A stretch of DNA of 64,000 nt, from NCBI RefSeq assembly GCF_020745735.1, contig NW_026867577.1, positions 1,143,035 to 1,207,034 on the forward strand. Direction: 5' to 3'. The notes under the pieces are model-generated. The model worked only from the letters and a program-made list of their open reading frames with translations, did not search any database and was not told the origin of the DNA. This stretch comes from Hemiscyllium ocellatum (taxonomy: Eukaryota). A program made the translations under genes and the position numbers. Positions 12,881 to 25,329 of the stretch are shown in pieces; within the stretch, counting starts at the first letter, position 1; each line of letters opens with the position of its first letter.

Positions 12881-13359
12881 GAAAGATACTTAGACATAAC
12901 GTTTCTAAAACAAAGCCACGGCATTCTAGAAGGACGATTTGGCCATTATTCCTCTGCTGTTTCTTTGCACAAATATCTGAGGTTGTGGACACAATAAGAG
13001 CATAGATTCCCAGCAGCTTGATGAAGTGTGTCAGGCAGGATGGCCATTCACTCTTCTTCAGAAGTAAACACTGAGAAAAGCAACAGCAAGTCATTAGAAT
13101 CCTGTAACCGCTGGAAGAATATGGTAGTGGTTTGACCTGATAGTCAGCATATCTCAGGCAATGGGACGGCTTGAGAAGGTGGGACCAGCCATGGTATGAA
13201 TAGAGATGCAATGCCAGATAAAGTCATTTGAAAAGAAAATGACAAATCGTGTACGATTTTGGAAGTGGTGAAGCTATTCAATTGGCAATGGAATCCAACT
13301 TTCACTGAACTGTGACCACTTTTCACAGATGCACCAGACAAAGCATTTTCCCTGGAGGC

Positions 13360-14150
13360 ATCGGACTTTGATATGGCAACAGCTCAGCTGAAGACTGGAA
13401 GAAATTACAGAAAGTTGTGATCACTCTCGAGATCAACACTCAAGCCAAACTTCAATCCATTCACTCCACCTACACTTCTTTTTTGCCGAGGTAAAGCATT
13501 CAACATCATTAAAGCCCCACCCCCTACCCCCCAGTTATAATTTCTTCCAACATTTCAGAGTCATATAAAGTCAGGGAGTCCGACAGCACAAAGACAATCC
13601 CTTTGGCCCAATCTGATCCATGCCGACCAAAACGTCCATCCACAAAAGTCGCATTTCCTTGTTGCATTTCCTTCAAAATCTTTCCTATCTATGCATTTGT
13701 ACAAATGCGTACTTCCACTGGCAGCTTATTCCATATGTGCACTACCCGCTGTGTCAAACAGATGCTTCAGGTTCCCATTTACACTATCCCCTCTAAGCTT
13801 AAACTGATGCCCTCTTACCCTCGACTCCTTAAACTTGAGAAGTAAAACTGAGTGATTTTTTTCCCTTCTGTCATACAGAAGGTACAAATGCTTAAAGGCA
13901 CTTACTGAACGGTTCAAGAACCTTTTATTCCCCGCTCTTGTCAGATTTCCGAATGGACAACTCAAACTTGAAACCTTAATTACCGTTGCTCTCTGCACAC
14001 TATTGCAGCTGAAACTTCATATTGCTCGCTCTGTTTAATTACCCCTGTGTCTTTGTATGTTATAATCAACCATACTGCAGGCAACATAAAGTGTTTCGGT
14101 GTCATTTGGGGCATGTCACAAAATAAATCAAAATACATCAAATTTATTTC
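13360..14150 (+). mobile_element. Rex1/Babar-type LINE 3' end, interrupted by a CR1 3' fragment (~13560-13850, minus)
   Basis: RRYKCLKALTERFKNLLFPALVRFPNG-type terminus (consensus GRRYRSL.TRT.RF.NSFFP); homologous to 45200-45490. Confidence 0.65.
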
Positions 14151-15719
14151 TGGCATCGCTCTCCAGCATGAACTCCAACATCGAATCTTAGCAATAATAC
14201 ATATGTGGAAAGCTGAAATAATTTTTGCAGGTAAATTAAAATAGGAAAGGTAAACACGAGGGAACAAGAATGGCAAGCGAAAAGGGAGAGTGTGAGAAAC
14301 AGTTAGGAAGAGGAAAATGAGATAGAGAAAGAAAACAAAGGGTTTCTCAGACAGAATAATCAAGTAGAGGCTATGAAATAGTGAAACGAAAAGTAAACAT
14401 AACGGGAGAGTGAGGGCGGGGTGGGAGATAGAAAGCAGAGTGAGCTGCTGGGAACTATATATATCGGGAAAGTTGAAGAATTGTATTAAATAACTGGCAG
14501 TACCATCCAAAATCATATGACGTCTCACAGTAGTGGACACACATGCATTGCCTATTGTCTGCTGTCAATGTTTTGTAGGGGTGAGGGGGGTGAGGTCGGA
14601 GGAAGAATTCAACCTGTTTGCACACAAGCAGTTCTAATGTTACCAACAGTGTAACGGCTAGTCTAGTGAAGGCTTATGTTTTGGTGCCAGTTCATAGTGG
14701 GGAAGGGGTGCAGTGTAAAGGTAGTGGGGGAAACTTTAATGTGGAGTCCGTGAAGTATTTGAATTTGGGAAGCTTCAGCACCGGTAGGAATCGTCCAACT
14801 GAATCTGTGTGAAGACCGAGTTGGACAAAAAAGTAAATTGCTTCCGATGTTGATTAACTGCAACCTGCAATGCGAAGGGAGTAGAAGCAGTCATGCCATT
14901 CGGCGTTGGAAGTATATATGCATTTGGAATGGAAAGTTGTAGCTGAACATTCATAAAACGAGAAATGGTGTGTACACATAATCTCCCAGCCTCTTTGAAA
15001 GACCTAAATGCATAATTTCTTTCCCATTTGCAATGGGTTTAAGTACAGACTCAGTCTGTTATTGCTTTCACGCATGCCATTCATGGCATCAAAAAACAAC
15101 AACCATTTTGTAACCTGAATAAAAAAGACATGATTTCAAAGTTGGCTTTATGTGTCCTAGTTTCCATGTGGAGGGATGGTATATGAACTCACACCTCCTA
15201 GATCAAAGATCAGAAGATCAGAAATCATTCTTCCTTCAAACCACAAGAACTCTCAGTACTTTTCCTGTTATTGTTGGCTCCTGATGACTAAACATTTGGT
15301 TGAGAATCAGTTGTAGAGCAATTTCTACTCAAGTTTACAAAACCAGGTTCAACACCTAGAGGCCAATACACTGATAGGACCACTTCTTTGTCAGGGATGC
15401 GAGAGAAACAATCTCTTTTTTTTTGGACATTCGGTCCGGCCGTTAAATATTTGCCTCTTAGATTGATCTCACTGGCCACAATGCTCCATTCAGTCTTGTG
15501 GGCTCTACAATGGCTGCAATGTCCCACTGAAAAGACTGGAAAGGATCCAGTATCTCATTAAGTGTTAAAAACAGTCTGAACGCAGTTGAATGTCCAAATA
15601 TTAAATCCACACACTGCAGACATTATGACACCATAGGCAATGCGCATGTCGCTGAATGATGATTGCCCAAATATCTGGATTCCCACATTGTAGACATTGC
15701 ATTACCATAGACAATACAG

Positions 15720-15859
15720 ACTCTGCAAGTGCAGTGTGTTGAAATGACAGTCATCTCACGCTGTCGACATTGCTATACTGTAGACAACACAGGTTACACA
15801 ATACTGATATCAGGGGACAACACCCCACAAACGTGTATGAATATGTGTGTATGTGGGTC

Positions 15860-15912
<53 letters not shown>

Positions 15913-17545
15913 TTCTGTGTGGGTTGGGGTTCGTGTGTGTGAGAGAGAGTGAATATGTGTGTAAGTGAGTGTGAAGTGTCGTAAGTCTATGAGGGGATAC
16001 ATGTGTGAGTGTGGGATTGTGTGTGTGTCGGGGCGCGAGGTTGTGAGTGTCTGTGAAAGTGAGTGTATATGTGTGTACGTGAGCGTAGGATGGTCTAAGT
16101 CCCTGAGAGGATGCATGCGTGAGTGTTGGAGTGTGTGTGTGTGTGAGGGTATCGGTGAGTGCCTGTGTGCGTATCTCTCTATATGTATGTCCATCTGTAT
16201 GTCCTTATGTATAGGAGTGCGTGTGTGTGTATGTGTGTGTGTGTGCGCTCGCGTGTGTGTGTAGGAGTGTCTGTATGTGTGTAAAGTGGAATGGTGGTCA
16301 CCTGCAGTGTGGGGTGGGAGTTGTGAGTGTCAGGAAGAGAGAGTGCATATGTGAGTGCATGAGTGTAGATTAAGTCTCAGTCTCTGAAATAATGTATGTG
16401 CGATTGTGGGAGTGTATGTGTAAGGGTGTGTGTGAGTATCTGTGTATGTGTGCCCTTGTGTGTAGGAGTGCCTGTAATTGTGTGTGCGTGTGTGTGGGTG
16501 TGTGCACGCGCGTGTGTGTAGGAGTGCCTATGTGTATATCGTGCAATGGTGGTCACGTGTTGTGTGACATGAACCCAAGGTCTCGCTTGAGGCCCTCCCT
16601 GTTGGTATGGGCCGTAGCTGTCAGCCTATTTGTGGATCTTAGCTATTAGTGGCCGAACAGAGGCTGATTGCAAAGTTCGAAACACAAAGTGAATGCCTCA
16701 ACCTCGGGACCTTGGGTTCACGTCACACAACACGTGACCACCATTGCACGATCTACACAGGCACTCCGACACACACGCGCTTACTCTCACACACACGCAC
16801 GCACAATTACAGGCATTCCTATACACACGCATATACACGGGCACATATACACAGACACCCACACACACCCTTACACATACACTCCCACAATCGCACATGC
16901 ATTCTTTCCTAGACTTAGACCAATCTAAACTCATGCACACACATATACACTCTCTCTTCCTGACACTCACAACCCCCACCGCACACGCACACATGCATCC
17001 ACGCACAGACTGAAGACATGTTACCCTCACATTCACACACAAATGCACTCTCTCTCACACTCATAAAACACCAACCCAGACAGACACACACACAAAGACC
17101 TACATGCATACATACACGTTTGTGAGATGAATTTCTACTTGCAGTGTTACATTGTACTTTGCTCTTAAACTGCATGAACTCATGTAAAACTCTGTTATCT
17201 GACCTTTTTGATTAGAATCAATCTAAATATCTTGGCACAGACAGAAAACACTGGTGGCAAACACCTTCGACATATTGTCTAGCTAACACGTATTGTTACA
17301 ATTAACCTGAGAATGCAACTTTATAAAAAAAAAGACTTTGTGATTCACACATGAAAGAATTGAAACTACCATGGCATTCGAACAAAAGAAAGACTCAACA
17401 GACAATCAATGTATTTTTCAAAGGGTAATTTCAGTTACATCACACTGTAATCTTTTGTTATAAATTCTCTGCCTTACAATTGTGTCCTCTACAACTGCCT
17501 GATGAAGGAGCGGCGCTCCAAAAGCGAGTGTGATTCCAATTAATC
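15720..17545. mobile_element. Inverted pair of Penelope-like 3' ends with (TG)/(CA)-rich tails
   Basis: Right arm begins AEQRLIAKFETQSECLN (GIY-YIG C-terminus); left arm ~15825-16630 is its reverse complement; hammerhead-like motif at 17499-17523. Confidence 0.8.
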
Positions 17546-17547
17546 CT

Positions 17548-18110
17548 GTTGAAATATCATTTTGAGTTTCTTGCAAAGCTTCTCCTCTGCTTTTGGTTGC
17601 ACGTTAGCCACACGCTCCTGTTCTTTGGGCACACAGTGGCAATAGAGAACGCTAGGTCAGAGAAACTACTCGTGGGTCTGCTACTGGGCCTGTGCAAACT
17701 TGTCATAAACAGGCAGAGGGTCATGGAGCGGATCGTTATGGCCGATTACCAACCCGTCTATTTGGTTACATTTCAGTCCGGAAGTCCCTGAAGAAGAAGC
17801 ACACGGTGCCTACCAATATCCTCGAGATTTTCAGAGATAGCCGGGCACAGCTGGGAGTGGAGTGTTTTATTTCTCCCCTCCTACTCTATTTTGATTTTAT
17901 CCCTGCTCTCCAGCATCTTTTTGATAATGGAACATTGCTCTTTGGCGCGAAGGGCACTTTTTGTCACTGGCCCCTGTGGTGCTTCCTTCCTTCCTTCCTG
18001 CTGGTGTAAAATGATTAAGGGTTTATACACCTGTTTTTTCTCTTTGTGTCTCGCAACTGCACATACACAACTTGGGTGCTGGGGAAGAACAGAAAGAAAA
18101 AATAAATTCA
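17548..18110 (+). mobile_element. Tx1-type (L1/Tx1 clade) LINE 3' end
   Basis: LLLCFWLHVSHTLLFFGH..SEKLLVGLLLGLCKLVINR and FGYISVRKSLKKKHTVPTNILEIFRDSRAQLGVECFIS resemble Tx1 ORF2 C-termini; ends in an A-rich tail. Confidence 0.65.
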
Positions 18111-18319
18111 ATCCGATCATTCTTCATTTCATGCACCAGTCACTCCAGCCCAGTAATCAGTTTCGTCAATCTTTGTTGCTCTTTCTCCGATAAGGAGGTC
18201 AAAACTGGAGTAATATGTTAAATGACATTGTTTTATATTATATTATAGCATTTTATATTATAAAATAATGTGTTATACCATATCAAGGAATGTTTGCCAC
18301 CTTTCGATTTCCTTCATTG

Positions 18320-18590
18320 AACAGCACAATGCATCAGTGGTTCTCATTACCGTCTCACAGCACCAGGACCGAGGCTCTACTCCACAATTGCACACTGGCT
18401 GTGCAGAGTTTGTACATTCACCTCATCTCTGTTGGGTTTCCTCTGACTTCTATAGTTTTCTCGCACATTCCAAAACCTTTGCAGCTTCGTTAAATTAGTT
18501 GTGGTGAATCAAGGCTAAACGGATGGGAATTTCATCTGGTCGTGAAGCTCTTCAGGGGGTCTGCATGGACTCGATGGATCTATATCATAA
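18320..18590 (+). mobile_element. Old V-SINE
   Basis: tRNA-like head CAGTGGTT..CATT.CCGTCTCACAGCACCAGGACC followed by a V-domain-like core. Confidence 0.7.
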
Positions 18591-19233
18591 TGTTTTATAT
18601 TCACTGCCTTTTACTGATCATATATTGACGACATCAATCAAGTCACCGCTTCAGCTTCTAAATTCCAGAAAATACTGGTCTCCTCAAAACATAACCCACA
18701 AAGTCCATGCTTCATTCATATAAACCCATATTTTACTTGATCCAAGGCAAATTAAACCTTTTTAAGATCTGTTTCTCAGATCTGCTCACAGTCGAGAAAT
18801 GGGGTGCAAGCAGGGTGTTGTGAAATCGTAGCTGTGCTACGATGAGTATGCCGTCATACTCCATTTCTCACGTTGAACACAATAGTCCTTCAGCAGCCTT
18901 GAACATTTTATGCAAAATATCGACTTCCACTCCAGTTTACTTTCATTCACTCCCTTCCCCAATCTGTGGTATCGATCTCCTACCAGTGGTTAGCAAGCGA
19001 GTGGCTGCTCCATTTGTAAAATATCATTTGGAATATTTGATGATGGGAACAAACAAAACTTGCCAAGTTTACTCCAGAGTCCAGGCTTAAGTACTTAAGG
19101 GATATAGTTGGGAATGGAGGAATGGCATTGAGTCAGATGGAGTCGTGTGAACTCAGTGACATTCTCGAAGGAGTTGTTGGAGCATGGAGATCAACTGATG
19201 ATCATTGTGGAAATATTCAATGATCCCCCGAAT

Positions 19234-19235
<2 letters not shown>

Positions 19236-19289
<54 letters not shown>

Positions 19290-19290
19290 T
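19236..19290 (+). repeat. (TG)n(TA)n compound microsatellite
   Basis: Direct reading. Confidence 0.95.
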
Positions 19291-19859
19291 TATCGGTTAC
19301 CATGTGACACCAACCGACATTGTGGTAGCTACCCACCTACACTGTCTCCACAAGTGATGCCTGACTCAATGCACTGTGCGTACTCCTGGCCTGCTGGGAA
19401 TTATTTCAGAATCCTCACCCAGTTTACAATGGACTGCTCGGTCTTTGCTTGTGACTCCAGACACAACCACTGAGTATACCACAGATCTGCTCTGCATCTC
19501 CATGTGAGTACACATCTGCAATCCTCCGCATACCATTGAATTACTATATCGCAATATGTGACACAAAGCTATGCTTCCAAAAGATCTGTTCTGCCTCATC
19601 ATGTGACCTGAGATGCACAGAACTTTGGTTACCACTGATGTGCTCTGTTTCCATGTCTGCCTCAAGATACACTGCATTATGATTACCAGTGACTTGTCTG
19701 TCTCTACTATTGAATCCAGCTTCACAGCACCTTGGTTACTATTCACCTCCTCAGTCTCTACACGTGACTGCTATCCACTGCACTGTTGTTACTCATGGTC
19801 TGCACTGCATCTTATGCCAGATCCACAACTTCATAGATCCATATAATCCCTAATTTGAG

Positions 19860-20175
19860 GAAACTTGCTCCTTGGTTCAACAAGACCGAGCCTCTGAAGA
19901 GTAAGCCAGCAAGACGCATTCCCCTCCCCTATTAATCCACATTTCCATAAACGAATGAACCTATCCAACATATCCCTGAACATTACGGACAATTTATCAT
20001 GTCCAATTCACCTAATCTGCACATCTTCGGATGGTGCGAGGAAACAGGAGCAGCTTGAGGTAATCCAGGCAGAGGTGAGGAGAATGCACAAACTCTACAC
20101 GGAAAGTCGCCTAAAACTGTAATCAAACATTGGCCCCTGGTGTTGTGATAGGGCAATGCTAACCACTGAGACAAC
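19860..20175 (-). mobile_element. V-SINE
   Basis: Reverse complement of head and V-domain (GCTAACCACTGAG; GGAGAATGCACAAACTC). Confidence 0.8.
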
Positions 20176-20179
20176 GTGA

Positions 20180-20600
20180 TCTTTGGATATTGCCAAGAAT
20201 GGTGTTATTTAGCTTTATGGATAGGCTCTGTTGTGTTTTTCTCTGCAGCATCAGAGGCTTAGGAGTAACCTTATCGAAGATTATAAAATTATGGTGGGCC
20301 TGTATAGACTGAAAAGTCCATAATCTTGCACCCGATTCGGTGAGTCCAAAACTGAACGGGGCAACATTTTCCACTCATAGCGTGGTTTGAGCATGGAATG
20401 AATTGCTGAAGGAAATGATAGAGCTTGCTACAATTGCAACATTGAAAAGGTGTCTGGATGAGTGTGCAAAAAGGAAATCTTCAGAGAGATATGGCTGAAA
20501 GTTTGGCAAATGGGCTTAGATTAATTCAGCATGTCTGGTCGGAATGGTTGAGTTGGACCAAAGATTCTGTTTCTGTGCGGTATATTTCTATGATCTATGA
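20180..20600 (+). mobile_element. CR1 3' fragment
   Basis: Similar to 5490-5950; ends in a CTATGATCTATGA tail. Confidence 0.8.
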
Positions 20601-21629
20601 TTTAAGACGCACGGCACTATGGCTACCACTGATTTCCTCCATTTCTGCATCTCTTTGCAGAACACCAGCGCAATATTTTCACCTGATCTGCTCTCTCTCT
20701 CTGCGTTTGACTTCAGACCAAAAACAATGTGGTTATCACTGATCTGCTGAGGCTACGTATGTGAATCCAGATTCACAGCACTCTGCATCACACTCATCTA
20801 CTCTACCTCTACCTGTGACTCCAGAACACCAGCACTGGAAATATTCTCATCGACATTGTCTCTTCATTCGACTCCAGACCCACAGAACAATACCTACCAC
20901 TCAACTGCTCTATACAACTCCAGGCTAACTGCATTGTGTTTACCACAATCTGCTTTATCTCTGCTTATAACTCCAAACCCACACCACCGTGAGCAACACG
21001 AATCGTTTCTGTCTCAACATGCGACTCCAGAAGAACAACATTGTATATATTATTAACTTGCTGTGTCTACATGTGACTCCAGATACACGGGCCTGTAGTT
21101 TCCACTGACCTGCTCCCTCTCTACGTCCGAGTCCCAACACACAGCACTGTGGCTACCGGTTACCTGCTCTGCATCTGCATTCGAATCAGGCACACAGCAA
21201 TGTGTTTAATCCAACCTGCGCTTCTCTAACAAGTGACTGCAGACTCACAGCACTGTTATGAATGACCTGCTCTGTAACGACAGACACACAGCATTGGGTG
21301 TTCTATTGATCTATTCTGTCTCAATATGTGTCGCATGGCCGACGTAATTTTGCTTTGAAATAACCTACTGTGTTTCTGCATGTGACTCGAGACACAAAAC
21401 ACGGTGGTTACCAATGACTTGTTTTGTCTACTTGTAACACTAGACTCAAAGCACTGTGGTTGCCATTGACCTATCCTGTCTCTACATTTGAGAACAGGCC
21501 CAAACCACAGTTGTTCCCTCTGACCTGATATCTATCTCCACGAGACAGCAGTCCACAGCACTGCAGTTGTCACTGGTGCACGCTGTTTTTGCTCTTGATT
21601 CCAGACTTACAACATTGCCCGTAACACAA

Positions 21630-22020
21630 TGGATTTTTAAGAAAGTTGCCAAGGTTTGAGGGATTGAGCTTCAGGGAGAGCCTCAGCAAGCTGTTGTTTC
21701 TATTCCCTGGATACGATGGGTGACCTTGTAAAAGTTTACATTAGGGGCATGGATAAGTTGCAAAGTTCATACCTTTCCCCGACAGTAGGGGAATGCAAAA
21801 CTAGAGAGCATTTTTTTTAAGAGTAAGAGGTAAAAATTGTTAAAAGGGTCATGACAGGCGACTTTTCTCACATAGTAGATGTGCCAGCGGACGGGATAAA
21901 CACTGTGACAGTTACAACATTTTAAAAGTATCTGGATGAGCATATGAGCAGGAAAGTTTGAGAGAGATAAGGGCTAAATGGTAAATAATGGGGTAGTTGG
22001 ACAAATGATTCGGTTTCCCT
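21630..22020 (+). mobile_element. CR1 3' fragment
   Basis: Similar to 5490-5880. Confidence 0.75.
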
Positions 22021-23579
22021 GCTGCACATGTCTGTGATTCTCTGGCTCTGGATCCGCAGCATTGTGAGTACCAGTGAAATACTATGGCTCTCAATCCGCA
22101 TGTCAAACTAAATCATTTAGATACATCAGAGTTCGTAGAGTTCCCAATAAGAACCTTTGGAGACAACCATTGGTCACGGCCCTTCGGAAAACAACTACCC
22201 TTCTCCAGTTATACTCCTGGTTTTAATGTTAGCATATAATGTCTTGGAACTTCCCTTTACTCTGCTTGCCTCGGGCATTTCATAGCTCTTTCTGGCTCCT
22301 CTAAATCCCTGCTTTAATACCTTCCTGCCTTCATTAAGTTTTTCATCGCCCTTTTCCAACTTATGTTTCCTAAAACTTCCGTATGCTCCCCCCCACCGTT
22401 GACTGAATTCAGAATCTCACTCGTTATCCAAGTGTCCCTTAGATAGCTTTCCTTGCTTTTCATTCATCCACTACACTATTGTTGCCAATGTCTCGGCAAG
22501 TACCTTCAGACAGAAGCATTGTATTTCCCATGACTTGCTCTGTCTCCAGCTATGACTCCAGACGCACAGCTCTGTGGTTAACCTGACATGCTCTGTCTGT
22601 CCTGATGACTGAAGACCTCCAGCTCTGCGGTTAGCACTCACCTGTTCTATAACTGCATGTGACTCTTGACCAACAGCACTGTGGTAGTGCCTAATCTGCT
22701 TTTACTCGACATGTGATTATCAGTGTCCTATCTGGCTCTGCACTTAACTTCAGACACAAAACATTTTGTTAAGCACTGGCCTTGTCTCTCTCTGCAAGTG
22801 ACACCAGAAACTCCGTAATATCGTTGCCACTGACATGCTGTGTCTCTTCATATGACTACTGGTCAAATGCACTGTGGTTATCATTTACTTGTGCTATCTC
22901 TGCATTAAAGTCCCGCCCCACAATACCTTGGTTTCGCTTCTCTGCTCTGCCTCCAAAGATGACTAGATACACAGCAATCTGGTTATTATTGACCTGCTGT
23001 GAGTATACATGTCACTGCAATCTCACAGCACGATTGTTATGACTGACATGCTCTGGCTCTGCCTGCGACTTCACACACATAGCATGTGGTTGCTGTTGAT
23101 CTGCTATGCCTATACTTGTGAGGACAACACTGTTTCTACCAACATTCTGGTCTGGGTAGATTTATAAATCCATAACAATAGTTCCATTAACCTACTCTGT
23201 ATATACTTCCTGACTTAATGCTAACAACAATGCGATAAATATAGATCTGCTCATCCTTTCAATCGAATCCTCAGGCACAACGCTGTGGGTAATATTGACC
23301 TGCCCTTTCCCTATATTTAACTCCAGACTCACAACGAAATTCTGACCTTGACATCGTCTGCTGCTACAGATGAAGACAGACCCACTTCAACAGCGTTATC
23401 ACTTACCTGCGAATGGAATTTTGGCCTTTGTTTCAAATGGAATATCGCAAATGCTCTCACCAAGCCCTCAACTACTATGAAACTGATATACTCTGTTCTT
23501 AGACAAGGCACTGTGGGACAAAGCTTTTTATAATCTATTCCTCTCCTAATTTCCCATTCCTCCTCAGCATTCTGGGCTC

Positions 23580-24130
23580 CAAAGAGAACAAATCCAGCCT
23601 TCCGATTCACTCGTCATAACTGAGAGTTCCATCCCAGGTAACATCATGCTGAATCTCGTCTCTTTTGTCTGCGGTGGAAGCTGGACTTTCCAATATTGTG
23701 GTGAGCCGAGCTACACTCAGTATTCCCAATATGGTTGATGCAATGATAAACAATTTTGTAAGCAGACTTCCTTGCTCCCAGCTTGTAATGACTAAAAAGT
23801 GAAAACAACCCGCACGCACTCCAGATAACCCTGTCTACAGGCGTTCACATCTTCGGAGATCTACTAACTTGCACATCAAGTTTCCATCGTTCCTCAATAC
23901 GTCCTGGGACCAAACATACATTTTGAACATCCTTACCCAATTAGACTTCAAAATGCATCAGCTCAAAATTGTTGGGATTAAATTCTATCTGCCGTAGATC
24001 TGCGAATTGATCAAATGAGCATTATCAAACTCAAAACTGAGACTATCTTCGTCACGATCAACAACACTACCGAATTCGAGTCCTTTGCAAACTTACTAAT
24101 TATCGCTTTTACTTTCTCATCCAAGTTGTG
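23580..24130 (-). mobile_element. Old CR1 RT/3' fragment
   Basis: Reverse complement resembles SKFADDTK..KC..MHFG..DLGV region. Confidence 0.6.
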
Positions 24131-25329
24131 AATGCATAGTTCATATTCAAGAATTAGACATTCATTACTTTAGAGGAAGGAGATGCCGATTTAAAAGATT
24201 GTGAGTGCTTGGAATTCCTTTTGTCAAAAGGTAATGGATGCAAATAGTTTAAATTTTGTTTTCATGCTGATGTCGACATATTGTCGATCATTGAGAGGTG
24301 AAAATTACTCAACGAATACGTAAGAAAGCATAGTTGACGAATAAAACAAAAACAGCCACGACCTTTTTGCGTAGAAAATGAAAGAATTGTGCATGCTGCG
24401 AACAAAAAAGAAAAAAACAGCAATCGCCAGAAATGTTCAGCAGGTCTGGCAGCTTTTGTGGATACAAATCAGATTTAAACTTCCGAGGCGCGCGACCTTT
24501 CCTCAGAACTGTGGTGCCTTTCCCGCTTCTGAGGAAGGATCATTTGAATCGAAAAGGTGACACTGATCTGCCTCACGAATGCTGTCAAATCTGCTGAACT
24601 TTGCCAGCTCTTTCTGTTGGTCATGATCTCATTGATTTGAATTCTAGTAAACTGGAATTGGTGAGGGGCCTGCTCCTGTTCCTATTTGGTGTGTTCGGGT
24701 GACCATACATAATACACCTGACAGCCTCCAACATCGATAAGTCGCGATTGTACATTGGAAGATGTTATTTGTTTTCTGCATACTCAGTGGTTCATTCACC
24801 TCATGATGCAAGCCAAGCTTGGTAGATATTTCCCTTTATGTTTGATCAGTGTGGTTCAGAAGTGATGCAACTGGTGTTCTCCTGCTTGTAGGCCAACAGG
24901 ACGTGTGCATTTTGTCTCCTTCCCAGTGCAACTGCCATTTGTTTTTCAGTCTTTGAGTTCGGAGAATGATGCATTGGGGATACACAAATATCTCTCTGTG
25001 TGCAACAGCACGCTCCCCTTCCCCCAAGTAAAGAGTGAACAATGAGCCAATGACATTGCCTGCGAGTTTCTATTTGTGTCTGTTGGAGCAGAGAATCAGG
25101 GAACCTAAGAGATTATCTTCAAGTCCTTTCAATACCTTGTGTCTTTCAATTTCTATTTGTGTCCCCTTATTGGACTCAGGGTAGCAGCTGTTTTCTTCTC
25201 GCTCTGCCCGTGCTCCCCAAAAACCTCTCCACTTGAAACAGGCTTGCCCAATACTGCCTTCGCTCTAAAAAAAAAGCTATCCGTTTATGTCCAGCCTCTC
25301 TCTGAAGCTAAAGTGCTTCATTGAACAGG

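Larger units (their letters stand above)
19300..23580 (+). repeat. Old diverged ~53-54-bp minisatellite array, interrupted by SINE/CR1 insertions
   Basis: Consensus ~GTGACTCCAGACACACAGCACTGTGGTTACCACTGACCTGCTCTGTCTCTACAT; units start at ~21073, 21127, 21181, 21233. Blocks at ~19300-19850, 20605-21625, 22020-22110, 22500-23580. Confidence 0.85.

Noticed and set aside
15729-17175. Cys/Val- and His/Thr-rich ORFs
   Set aside because: Translations of (TG)n/(CA)n low-complexity tails.
19300-23580. CRISPR-like array or V(D)J recombination signals (CACTGTG heptamer recurs in the units)
   Set aside because: No unique spacers and no cas genes in a vertebrate context; no ACAAAAACC-like nonamer at 12 or 23 nt from the heptamers.
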